Source: Candidatus Bathyarchaeia archaeon (lineage in GTDB: Archaea > Thermoproteota > Bathyarchaeia > Bathyarchaeales > Bathycorpusculaceae). Taken from it: 64,000 nucleotides of DNA. The notes beneath the pieces were generated by a model. It was not told the origin of the DNA and ran no database searches. It worked only from the letters and a program-made list of their open reading frames with translations. Shown in pieces: positions 49,485 to 58,245 of this stretch. The stretch covers positions 32,001-96,000 of the forward strand of contig JAVZNC010000005.1 in NCBI GenBank assembly GCA_038882955.1, read 5' to 3'. Position 1 is the stretch's first letter, and every line of letters starts with the position of its first letter. Position numbers and translations under genes: made by a program.

Positions 49485-50057
49485 TTAGGCGAGCTTTGCT
49501 TCGTTTTTCCTTATGCTAGCTAATTCCTCGCATCTGTTCTTGACAATTTCGTAAAGCCTTTTGCGTAAGTCTTCGCCGAAGAGCTTCTGTTCTTTTAATA
49601 GGAAAACCTTTCTTGCAAGTTCAACGTCGCCCAGTCCGGTGAACCATGCTTCAAAGTCTCCACGGTTCACGTGAAACTCGATTGACTCCAAACTGACCTT
49701 TAAGAGTTTGTCGCAGAAGTCGTTTAGGCTTGCAGCGTGAATGTTTAACGGCTTTCCAATGTCAACGTAAAAATGAAAAGACTTTTCAAGTGGCAAGTAA
49801 GCCAAAATTTCGGCTGCCTTCCCATAATCTATTTCTGGAAAGCCAAGTGCTTTACGTCCCTTCTCTGTTAGGAGGTAACTCCCGTTCTCCATGGCTTTTA
49901 AGTAACCCATCCGCGCAAGCTGCATTATATGCATCCGCACTGAACGCGGGTCAAGCCCAACCTCTTTTGTTATTTCCGTGACTTTCACTGGTTTCTCTGA
50001 AACCCACATGGTTTCGAGAATCAGTCTTTTAACTGGCGATATACTCATCGTAATCAC
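49485..50057 (-). CDS. Winged-HTH protein fused to DUF5752-like domain
   Basis: N-terminal wHTH (EITKEVGL…VRMHI..L…GY…YLLTEKG); C-terminal FHFY..IG…A.SL.DF…SIEFH..RGDFE.W. Confidence 0.8.
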   Translation of the reverse strand: MITMSISPVKRLILETMWVSEKPVKVTEITKEVGLDPRSVRMHIMQLARMGYLKAMENGSYLLTEKGRKALGFPEIDYGKAAEILAYLPLEKSFHFYVDIGKPLNIHAASLNDFCDKLLKVSLESIEFHVNRGDFEAWFTGLGDVELARKVFLLKEQKLFGEDLRKRLYEIVKNRCEELASIRKNEAKLA

Positions 50058-50182
50058 TTACAGTTCTATTATCTTGTGCTTATAGCCTTTTCAAATTTTC
50101 GCATCCACGCCGCGAGGAAACGTAAATAAGGGATGTTTTAATAAGCAATAGCACCGTTTAGACTGGAGAACTGGTGAAGGCT

Positions 50183-51433
50183 ATGAAGATGGCTGTGCTT
50201 GTCTACGAGTATCCGCCAAAAATAGTTGGAGGTTTAGGCACATACGCGGCTGAAATTACGCGTAAATTCGTCTTAATGGACCATGACGTGACTGTTTTCA
50301 CGATGAATGATGATGAGGGCAGCCTTCCAACAAGGGAGATTTGGCGCGGAATCGAAATTCACCGTCCACTACACATCGACATATCCGACTCGCTGCCAGA
50401 CGTGGTTGCCGAAGACGTTAAGAAGTGGGGCAGGGGCATCCACCTATTCTCGAAAATACTTGTCTACAATTACCTTAGCGCCTCAAAACTCGTTAACGAA
50501 TTAATCAAAAAGGAGAATTTCAAATACGACATCGTGATTGCGCATGACTGGCTCTCGGCGATAAGCGGCATAACAATAAAAAAGGAGGCTGGGCTGCCAT
50601 TCGTTTTCCATGTGCATTCAACAGAGAAGGGGCGCACTCTTGGAAACGGGTCAGAAGTCGTAAGCAACATTGAACTGCATGGCGCAAAGGCAGCGGACAT
50701 GATAATAACTGTTTCTTATGCGATGAAAGACGAGCTTACAAAACTTGGCTTCCCACAAGAGAAAATCCAAGTCTGCTACAACGGCGTTGACCCGCAAAAG
50801 TATAATCCAGAAGCAGCGAACCCTGAACAAGCCAAGAAAGTTAGAGAGTTTTATGGGATAAAGGATGACGAGCAGATGATTCTTTTCCTCGGAAGACTTG
50901 TAGGAGTTAAAGGCGTGGACAGGCTTATTATGGCTATGCCGCATGTGCTGCAGAAAATTCCAAAAGCGAAACTCGTCATCGTTGGCGTTGGAGACTTGCA
51001 AGACTACCTTGTAAATCTCGTCAAAACCATGAGGCTTCAAGACGTTGTCAAACTAAACTATGACTTTATCTCAGAAGAAGAGCGAATCCTACATTACGCG
51101 GCATGCGACGTCGCGGTTTTCCCAAGCCTTTACGAACCATTTGGAATAGTGGCGCTTGAAGCAATGAGCATGGAACGTCCAGTTGTTGTTGGAGCAGCAG
51201 GCGTAAGCGGAATGCGAGAAGTGGTTATATGCTGCGGCGAAGAACAATGCGGCTTTCACATAAACCCAAACAGTCCAGTTGACATCGCGTGGGGCATAAC
51301 AAGCGCCTTGGAAAGTCCAGAAAAGAAAAAATGGCTTGGAAAAAACGGCAGACGCAGAGTTCTCGAAGAGTTCACTTGGGACAAGGTGGCTGAAAGAACC
51401 ATTGAACTTTACGAGCAAGTGTTAAAGCGCTAG
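50183..51433 (+). CDS. Glycosyltransferase family 4 (glycogen synthase-like)
   Basis: YEYPPKIVGGLG, AHDW, HSTEKGR, GRLVGVKG, YEPFGIVALEAM. Confidence 0.9.
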   Translation: MKMAVLVYEYPPKIVGGLGTYAAEITRKFVLMDHDVTVFTMNDDEGSLPTREIWRGIEIHRPLHIDISDSLPDVVAEDVKKWGRGIHLFSKILVYNYLSASKLVNELIKKENFKYDIVIAHDWLSAISGITIKKEAGLPFVFHVHSTEKGRTLGNGSEVVSNIELHGAKAADMIITVSYAMKDELTKLGFPQEKIQVCYNGVDPQKYNPEAANPEQAKKVREFYGIKDDEQMILFLGRLVGVKGVDRLIMAMPHVLQKIPKAKLVIVGVGDLQDYLVNLVKTMRLQDVVKLNYDFISEEERILHYAACDVAVFPSLYEPFGIVALEAMSMERPVVVGAAGVSGMREVVICCGEEQCGFHINPNSPVDIAWGITSALESPEKKKWLGKNGRRRVLEEFTWDKVAERTIELYEQVLKR

Positions 51434-51462
51434 AAAACGTTATTAAAATTTTAGGTGAACCG

Positions 51463-52080
51463 TTGAAAGCGAGCCGCGCAGAAAAGCGCAAGAAAGTTGC
51501 GAGGGAGGCAGCCAACCTAATCTATTTTGGCATGGAAAAGGAGTTTAAACAAGCCAAAGTTAAGGCTGCAGATGCGCTTGGCGTGAAGTTTCTCCCAACA
51601 AACATTGAGGTAGCCATCGAACTTGACAAAATAGCCGACGAGTACGAGGGAAAAGCCAGACAAGAGCGACTAAACAAAATGCGGCGGGAAGCCCTTGAAG
51701 TGATGAAGCTTTTAGCGAAGTATCATCCAACAGTTGTCGGAAGCGTCTGGCGCGGAACAATACACCATCAAAGCGACATAGACATAATAGCTTTCCACGA
51801 CAAACCAGAAGAAGTGCAAGAGACTCTGGAAAAAAGCGGCTTAAAAATTGTTCACGCGCAATCAATAACAGCTATGGAGAAAGAAGAGAAACGCACGACA
51901 TTCCACATTTTTCTCGAGTCGCCAACAAAAGAGGAAATCGAGGTTATTGTGCACAGTCCAGAAGAACGCTCAAGAAAAGAGAAGTGCGACGTCTACGGCG
52001 ACATCATAACTGGTCTAGACGTGGAAGAGCTTGAAAAACTGTTAAAAGAGAACCCGACAAAACGTTTCGTGCCTTTTTAG
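51463..52080 (+). CDS. Pol-beta superfamily nucleotidyltransferase domain protein
   Basis: GSVWRG….SDIDI catalytic motif; N-terminal helical domain (VAREAA…KEFKQAK). Confidence 0.8.
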   Translation: MKASRAEKRKKVAREAANLIYFGMEKEFKQAKVKAADALGVKFLPTNIEVAIELDKIADEYEGKARQERLNKMRREALEVMKLLAKYHPTVVGSVWRGTIHHQSDIDIIAFHDKPEEVQETLEKSGLKIVHAQSITAMEKEEKRTTFHIFLESPTKEEIEVIVHSPEERSRKEKCDVYGDIITGLDVEELEKLLKENPTKRFVPF

Positions 52081-52162
52081 CGTATTTCACCCCGTAGAGA
52101 TTTAAATACACGATTTCCAAATTATATCTTAAAGATGGACAATAAAGGCTGAAGGTGCAAGC

Positions 52163-52513
52163 TTGGAGTTCGACAAAGAAACTTTCAAGAAGATGTTTCC
52201 AAACCTAGCTAAAGAACTGGAATCTGACGAGCACAAACTCTCAATAGACTCCGTGCGGACGGAAGCCGAGGCTGGAGAAAAGAGGGCTTCTTCAAAGAAA
52301 AACTTCACAAATTACATGCCAGACGTCATTGACTTTATACGCAGATGCGACAATGAAGAGCAAGCAGAAGAAATAATCGCATACATGGAAAGAAGGGGTG
52401 AAATAGGAAAGGATTATGCCGCCCAGCTTAGAAGGCAGCTAAAGGCGAAAGGCGTAAGAAGCTTTGGTCCAAAAAAGGAAGAAAACTATTACCTTAAACA
52501 TGGCGAGTTATAA
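52163..52513 (+). CDS. DUF2095 family protein
   Basis: FKKMFPNLAKEL, Y.PDVIDFIRRC, ERRGEI, GVRSFGPKK…YY. Confidence 0.85.
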   Translation: MEFDKETFKKMFPNLAKELESDEHKLSIDSVRTEAEAGEKRASSKKNFTNYMPDVIDFIRRCDNEEQAEEIIAYMERRGEIGKDYAAQLRRQLKAKGVRSFGPKKEENYYLKHGEL

Positions 52514-52527
52514 GCAACGCATAAAAC

Positions 52528-53298
52528 TTAAACTTGTTCTGGTGGAACTTTGTCTGGCGCGTAACCCGTAAAATGTTTTAAACCATACTTCTCCAAGCGT
52601 CTCGTCACGTGCGGGTAGAGAGTAAGCTCTTCGATTTCTAATTCTCCAGCCAATTCTGGACCTATCCGCCTAAGCCTACGCTTCAACACTTGAATATTTT
52701 CTTTGGTTGAAAAAGAGGACATCACTGAAGGGTGACAGCTAACGCCATTTTCCACGAGCAACTGCAAGGCTTTTAACTGGAGCGTGAAGCCTTCTGGCTT
52801 GGCGCCAGTTAACCTCGCAAACTCTTCTTCGCAGCAGCCCTTTAAAGAAACTCTCACGTGAACAAACTTGTGTTTTGCTAGGCTTTCAGCGTAACTTTCA
52901 TCAATGGCTATTGGTATGCCGTTTGTTTCGAGAATAAAACGGTAGCCTTTTCCCTCTAATGCCTCGAGAAGACCGAGCAGATGGGTCTTTCCTATTGTTG
53001 GTTCTCCGCCGCTTACTCTTAAAAGCTTTAAGCCGCATTTCTTGGCTAAGGCAACTAAACCCTCAGCAACTTCACGCGGCGTGTAAAACTTTCCAACGTC
53101 TGCGGGGCGAAGCATAACTGCGTCTGCAACCCAACAAAATCTACATAATAAGCCGCATCCAACACAGTCGGCTGTTACAATTCCCCCATACCACCTTGCT
53201 GGTCTAACGCGGTAATATTTTCGCTCAAGACCATCTGAACCTAAACGTGTAACTAGCTCTTCGATGGCTAGATGCCTCTGAACAGCATCGTAAAGCAA
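52528..53298 (-). CDS. Radical SAM protein (uncharacterised, COG5014-like)
   Basis: RKYYR.R..RWYGGI.TADCVGCGLLCRFCW, SGGEPT, LETNG, VRVSLKG; start moved to TTG 53298 behind GGAG SD. Confidence 0.85.
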   Translation of the reverse strand: MLYDAVQRHLAIEELVTRLGSDGLERKYYRVRPARWYGGIVTADCVGCGLLCRFCWVADAVMLRPADVGKFYTPREVAEGLVALAKKCGLKLLRVSGGEPTIGKTHLLGLLEALEGKGYRFILETNGIPIAIDESYAESLAKHKFVHVRVSLKGCCEEEFARLTGAKPEGFTLQLKALQLLVENGVSCHPSVMSSFSTKENIQVLKRRLRRIGPELAGELEIEELTLYPHVTRRLEKYGLKHFTGYAPDKVPPEQV

Positions 53299-53617
53299 GT
53301 CCAGCGTCTCCAAAACGATTTTGGCGCAAACCCTTATTACCATTATGCACTTCAATAACTCATTTGAGTGCCCTAAGCATAAAGCCTTTCTTGGGCAATA
53401 CAACGTTGTAAATGTACGAAAGGGGTTCAAGTGGACGCGGAAGGCAAGGAAATGGATGTTTTCATTTTTGAACTTTCACAAGTTCATGAAAGGGGCAGCT
53501 GCAAACGCGGCGGTGAGGGGTAAGTATATACGAAACCTTGGCGTGTATTCTAAAAGTAAATAAATAAGCCAATAAATAATAGAAAGCCAACAACTTCAAA
53601 TTCGTGGAGGACAAGCT

Positions 53618-55342
53618 TTGAAAAAAGCTGCAACAGTAACATTCGTCATCATGCTCATCATGGCTATTGCCATGCAATTCTCGTTTCAAATTAAATCAGC
53701 AGAAGCTCAAGGCAGCTTTGGTGTAAGCAGCGTGTACCATAACATAGGGATAATGCGCAACGGCTATGTTGTAATAAACGACACCATTGAATTTTCTGGG
53801 CAGCCGCCAAGCAATTTCCTTGTAGGGTTTCCATACAAGTACGGCGCATACGTCCAGAAATGCGTAGCCTACAACGAAACAACACTTTTTCCAGCAACAC
53901 TCGACGTGCCTCTAGGCGAACGCGCAGGATTCTACGCTGTTAACGTGACCTTCTTGGATGTGTCGCCACAAAAGTTTACGGTTTTGTTCATACTTTCAAA
54001 CGCGCTTCTAAATTATTCTGGAACAACGTACACGTTAGATTTTCCCGCGTACCCAAGCCTAACAGAAAATGTTGAAAATTGTAGTGTTAAAATCGGTTTG
54101 CCCTCTGGCGCGGGAAGCATAAGCATTTCAAAAGACGGCGAAACATCGAACAAAACAGAATTTTACATGGAAAACTTGCCCGCCTACACATATTCAACAG
54201 CAACGGTTGCGTTCTCATTAACAGGCGATGAAATTCAAATGTTGGACATTAAGGAGCTAAACCGTGAGATATCCATAAGCGGAACAGGCGAAATCCAATG
54301 TTCAGACAGCTACTATATAACAAATGAAGCCCCTTCAGACATGGGTTACATGATAATAGTTCTTCCGCCAAACGCCTCCAATCCAATAGCTTATGACCAG
54401 TTTGGAAGAAGCATAAGCTCAAGTTGGGTGAACCAAGCGGCGGGGCTATACAAAGTTAATTTTGCTTTGCCGCTTAAAAGTTACGAGTCGGGTAGGTTTA
54501 ACATAGGATATGCCTTACCAAGCCAAGATTATTTTGCAGCGCAAGACACTTTTAATGCAACTTCGCTTTTATTCCAGAACGTTGACTACTATGTGGAAAG
54601 CGCTTCTTTGACTCTGACGCTGCCAGAAGGCGCCAAGATAACAAATCTCGAAAACACCTTTACCGAAAGCATAAGCGAAATTTCAAAAGGCGTTTTTCAA
54701 GAAACGTTAACGATTAATTTAGACTATGCAAGCTACGTGGACGGCGTGATTCCGCCAGTGAAAGTTTTGCAGGTTGGCTACGAATATAATCCATTATGGT
54801 TGGCGTTCCGTCCAACATTGTGGATTTGGGCTTTGTCTCTTGTTGGTTGCGCGGTAGCAGTTGTTTGGAAGAGACCGAAGGCTGCTGCTCCAGTTCAAGT
54901 TGCAGTTGTGGCTGCGAAACTGCAGCTCGAGTACGTTAAATCTTTTGTGCGGATGTATGAGGAAAAGCGTAAAATACTTTTCGAGTTAGACTCTTTGGAA
55001 GACAGAGTTCGCAGGGGAAAGATTCCGAGAAGACGCTACAAGGTGCAGAAAAGAACGTTTGAGATGAGGCTTAACACCTTGGATAGAAGCTTGGCGGAGT
55101 TCAAGGAGAGAATGCGCAAGGCTGGAGGCTTATATGCGGATTTGATGCGGCAACTTGAAATTGCAGAAACAGAAATTAACGAGGCAGACACAAACATAAG
55201 AAGCATTGAAGTGCGCCACAGTCAAGGAACCCTATCGCTAGAAGCTTACAGAAAGCTTTTGGCTGATTACCAGCAGAGGAAAGAGAAAGCGCAAACATCA
55301 ATTAATGGAATTCTGTTAAGATTACGTGAAGAAACTCGCTGA
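53618..55342 (+). CDS. Ribophorin I (RPN1/Ost1)-like type I membrane protein with cytoplasmic helical tail
   Basis: Signal peptide; two beta-rich domains with RPN1-like motifs (REISIS..G.I, LPPNA..PIAYDQFG, PL…F.IGY.LPS..Y, LPEGAKI); TM at about aa 400-417; charged coiled-coil C-terminus. Confidence 0.65.
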   Translation: MKKAATVTFVIMLIMAIAMQFSFQIKSAEAQGSFGVSSVYHNIGIMRNGYVVINDTIEFSGQPPSNFLVGFPYKYGAYVQKCVAYNETTLFPATLDVPLGERAGFYAVNVTFLDVSPQKFTVLFILSNALLNYSGTTYTLDFPAYPSLTENVENCSVKIGLPSGAGSISISKDGETSNKTEFYMENLPAYTYSTATVAFSLTGDEIQMLDIKELNREISISGTGEIQCSDSYYITNEAPSDMGYMIIVLPPNASNPIAYDQFGRSISSSWVNQAAGLYKVNFALPLKSYESGRFNIGYALPSQDYFAAQDTFNATSLLFQNVDYYVESASLTLTLPEGAKITNLENTFTESISEISKGVFQETLTINLDYASYVDGVIPPVKVLQVGYEYNPLWLAFRPTLWIWALSLVGCAVAVVWKRPKAAAPVQVAVVAAKLQLEYVKSFVRMYEEKRKILFELDSLEDRVRRGKIPRRRYKVQKRTFEMRLNTLDRSLAEFKERMRKAGGLYADLMRQLEIAETEINEADTNIRSIEVRHSQGTLSLEAYRKLLADYQQRKEKAQTSINGILLRLREETR

Positions 55343-55409
55343 TCAACCTAAAGGCTTTTATTCCACTAGTTTTCTTTCAATGAGAATCTAACTGTGAGGG
55401 GTAAGGAAA

Positions 55410-55592
55410 ATGGTGAAAATAGTGGTTGATAATGACAAGTGCAGTGGATGTGGAACATGTGTTGACACATGCCCCGTAGGCGTTTACGAATTGAAAAATG
55501 GAAAATCTGTTCCAGTGAAACCCGAAGAATGCCTCGTCTGCAGAGCATGCGAAGTCCAATGTCCAGAAGGCGCAATCCAAGTCATCGAATAA
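55410..55592 (+). CDS. 2x[4Fe-4S] ferredoxin
   Basis: CSGCGTCVDTCP and CLVCRACEVQCP. Confidence 0.93.
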   Translation: MVKIVVDNDKCSGCGTCVDTCPVGVYELKNGKSVPVKPEECLVCRACEVQCPEGAIQVIE

Positions 55593-55630
55593 ATCAGCAG
55601 CAACCCTTGCTTTCACCCTATTTTAGGTTC

Positions 55631-56695
55631 TCATTTCAAATTCCAAAAAGGCTCTTGAGCTTTCTTATTTTCCCTCAAAACTTTTTCACCCAGCTTTCTT
55701 GCGTGTGCACTTGAAGCCACAACAGAGTCGTCAACAATATAGTTTAAGCCGCCCATTTTTGCGATGGCTAAGGCTGCCAGTTTTCCAACAAGCTTTAGGC
55801 TGTAGCCTCCTTCTAAAACGAAAACAAGTTTCTCATCGCACAGTTTAGATGCCAGCTTAACAATTTCTTCATAAATTCTTCCGTAGCAATGGGCCGATAG
55901 GGAGAGGTTTGCAATTGGGTCTGTGTATTGTCCGTCAAGACCAGCTGAAACAAGCATAAATTGGGGTTTGTACTGGCTTATTATTGGAACAGCTATTTCA
56001 TTAAATGCCTTAAGGTATAGCGGGTCATTCGTCCCAAAAGGCAATGGAACATTAACGTTGAAGCCTAATCCCTCGCCTTCTCCGATTTCATCTACAAAAC
56101 CTGTTCCTGGAAAACTCCTTGGGTCTTCATGTAAACTAATGTACAGAACCTTGTCTGTTCCATAGAATATTTCTTGCGTGCCATTCCCGTGGTGCGCGTC
56201 AATATCCAAAATTAAAACGCGGTTTAAGCCAAAATCTTTCAGCAAGTGTTGAGCGGCTACAGCAACATTGTTGAAGATGCAGAAGCCGGCAGCGCTAAAT
56301 TTTCCAGCGTGATGTCCAGGAGGTCTAACAAGTGCAAAGGCATTTTCAAATTGCCTTTTCATCACTAGATCAACAGCTTTAAGCGCGCCGCCAACAGCGT
56401 AAGTGGCAACTTCAAAGCTCTCAGTTGAAACAACAGTGTCTCCAGAATCCAGTATCCCTCCACCAGCCTTGCAAACGTTTTTAACAAAGCGAATGTACTC
56501 TGGGTCGTGGACAAGCTGAATCTCGTCTAGGCTTGCTCTTTCTGGTTCTACAAACTGCCAATTCCTACTTTTCGAGATTACGCCCGTCCTCAATTCCTTT
56601 ATGATTGCGCTGAGGCGCCTTGCAGATTCGGGATGCCCCTTACCAGTGTTATGCCGATAATACTTTGGTGAAAAGATAACCGCCGTTTTAGTCAT
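55631..56695 (-). CDS. Histone deacetylase family protein (AcuC/HdaI-like)
   Basis: HPES..RL, RPPGHHA, GFCIFNN, DIDAHHGNGTQ, FPGTG, SAGLD, LEGGY. Confidence 0.92.
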   Translation of the reverse strand: MTKTAVIFSPKYYRHNTGKGHPESARRLSAIIKELRTGVISKSRNWQFVEPERASLDEIQLVHDPEYIRFVKNVCKAGGGILDSGDTVVSTESFEVATYAVGGALKAVDLVMKRQFENAFALVRPPGHHAGKFSAAGFCIFNNVAVAAQHLLKDFGLNRVLILDIDAHHGNGTQEIFYGTDKVLYISLHEDPRSFPGTGFVDEIGEGEGLGFNVNVPLPFGTNDPLYLKAFNEIAVPIISQYKPQFMLVSAGLDGQYTDPIANLSLSAHCYGRIYEEIVKLASKLCDEKLVFVLEGGYSLKLVGKLAALAIAKMGGLNYIVDDSVVASSAHARKLGEKVLRENKKAQEPFWNLK

Positions 56696-58154
56696 CCTCA
56701 ACCATCTTCTTGAAGACGCTGCGGAAGTTCCGTACTAAATACTCTTTTGTGGATAAATTTTCTTGTTTGGCAAGTTTCTTAATTGCCTTGTCCACTCCAG
56801 TCGCGTATTGTATTGCCCTTTTAGGTCTTTCTATCACGGTCTTTGGTAAGCCAAGTTTTTTGGCTGCCGCCCTTAACACGAGCTTGCGTATATCACCGTT
56901 CTGCAATTTGATTTTGAATCTTAAAGGCAGACTGATAGCAAATTCTGCTATTTTATGCGTTAAGTATGGAAGGCGCAATTCAACGTTGTGAAAGTTGCAG
57001 ATTTTATAGTCTCTCTCGATGTTTGCTTCATGGACTTTTAAAACGTCGTTGAACAGCATTTCTTCAACTTTCCTTTTTCCATAAGTTGCATAGGTGGTTA
57101 AGTAGCGCTTATATCCGCCAAAAAGCTCATCCGCCCCTTGCCCCGCTAACAAAACCTTTACACCCATTTCGGCGGCTTTCTCTGCTGCCCAGCACATCGG
57201 TACGCCTATGCCAACCTTTATTGGGTCTGATTCTTCCATGAGCCAAAGAACTTTCGGCAACGTTTCTTTAACGTCATCAACTGTGTAGGTGTAAACGTGA
57301 ATTGGAAGTTTCAACTCCTCAGCCACTTTTATCGCGTGCGTTGTTTCCGGCTGATTCTTTAGGCTGACATGAACTAGATGCACATTCACTCCAGCGTTTT
57401 TTGCTAGAAGGGCAATTAGGCTGCTGTCCAGCCCTCCTGAAAATGCAACAGCGGTATCTCGTAGCCCAGCTACGGCTTCCAAGATAGAGTTTTGAAAAAG
57501 AACCGAGAGCGTTTCACTTGCGCTCTGCATTGTTACGCTGCCTATTTTTTCACGAGACAGCCTTCTTACATGCTTGAATTTGAGGCCGCTTTTATTCGCA
57601 ATTAGCAATGTTCCAGGCGGAAAAGAGCGTGCATCTGCCATTCCAATTTTCCATAAGGCTTTTTTCTCGGAGGCAAGCGCAAATAACCGTTCGTTCTCGC
57701 CGAAATACAACGGGCATAAGCCAATTGCGTCTCTACTTGCGATAAGCCTATTCTCTTCGGCGACAATAAACGCGAAACCGCCTTCTTTTTCCCTTACAAA
57801 ACTTTCAGCGTCATTAACAGAGTCTTTCCGTACCTTTTCGGCGAAAATTTCAGCGTCCGAACTTTCCATAGATGTTGGATAAATTCTTCCTTCAAATACG
57901 CATGCCGCGTTTTCAAGTTTTATTGGTTGCGGCTTGTCTGTTTCGATTATTCTTGAGAAGGCATGCCCCACAATAATTGGCGAGTTTGCATTAGAACCCA
58001 ACAACTTCTCAACAGCATCTTCTATTTTCATAGTGGACGGCGAAGCTAACCCAAACTTCTCTACGCCCTCATGTGACAGAACTTTTAGCATTTTCACTGC
58101 ATATTCGGCAGCGTTTTCTCCGCTTTTGTTTATAACTGCGACGATTGCGCCCAT
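56688..58154 (-). CDS. Asparagine synthetase B-like amide ligase lacking the N-terminal catalytic Cys
   Basis: RD.IG..PLY, ASEKKAL, FSGGLDSS, GQGADELFGGY, ELRLPYL, RK.VLR, RPK.A.QY; N-terminus is MGAIV rather than MCGI. Confidence 0.85.
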   Translation of the reverse strand: MGAIVAVINKSGENAAEYAVKMLKVLSHEGVEKFGLASPSTMKIEDAVEKLLGSNANSPIIVGHAFSRIIETDKPQPIKLENAACVFEGRIYPTSMESSDAEIFAEKVRKDSVNDAESFVREKEGGFAFIVAEENRLIASRDAIGLCPLYFGENERLFALASEKKALWKIGMADARSFPPGTLLIANKSGLKFKHVRRLSREKIGSVTMQSASETLSVLFQNSILEAVAGLRDTAVAFSGGLDSSLIALLAKNAGVNVHLVHVSLKNQPETTHAIKVAEELKLPIHVYTYTVDDVKETLPKVLWLMEESDPIKVGIGVPMCWAAEKAAEMGVKVLLAGQGADELFGGYKRYLTTYATYGKRKVEEMLFNDVLKVHEANIERDYKICNFHNVELRLPYLTHKIAEFAISLPLRFKIKLQNGDIRKLVLRAAAKKLGLPKTVIERPKRAIQYATGVDKAIKKLAKQENLSTKEYLVRNFRSVFKKMVEDD

Positions 58155-58245
58155 ACACTTGACTCTTCATTAGAGGGCTGTTATCATTTAATCTTCGGTA
58201 AAACATTAATCCTTAATTGTCTTATCTCTCTGGCGAGGGATAAAA

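Noticed and set aside
51463-52513. MNT-HEPN toxin-antitoxin pair
   Set aside because: The nucleotidyltransferase is larger than a minimal MNT and its neighbour is DUF2095-like with no HEPN Rx4-6H motif.
53299-53689. Radical SAM 5' extension and ORFs 53321-53563 and 53462-53689
   Set aside because: No recognisable motifs, mutually overlapping, and a better SD-supported start exists at 53298.
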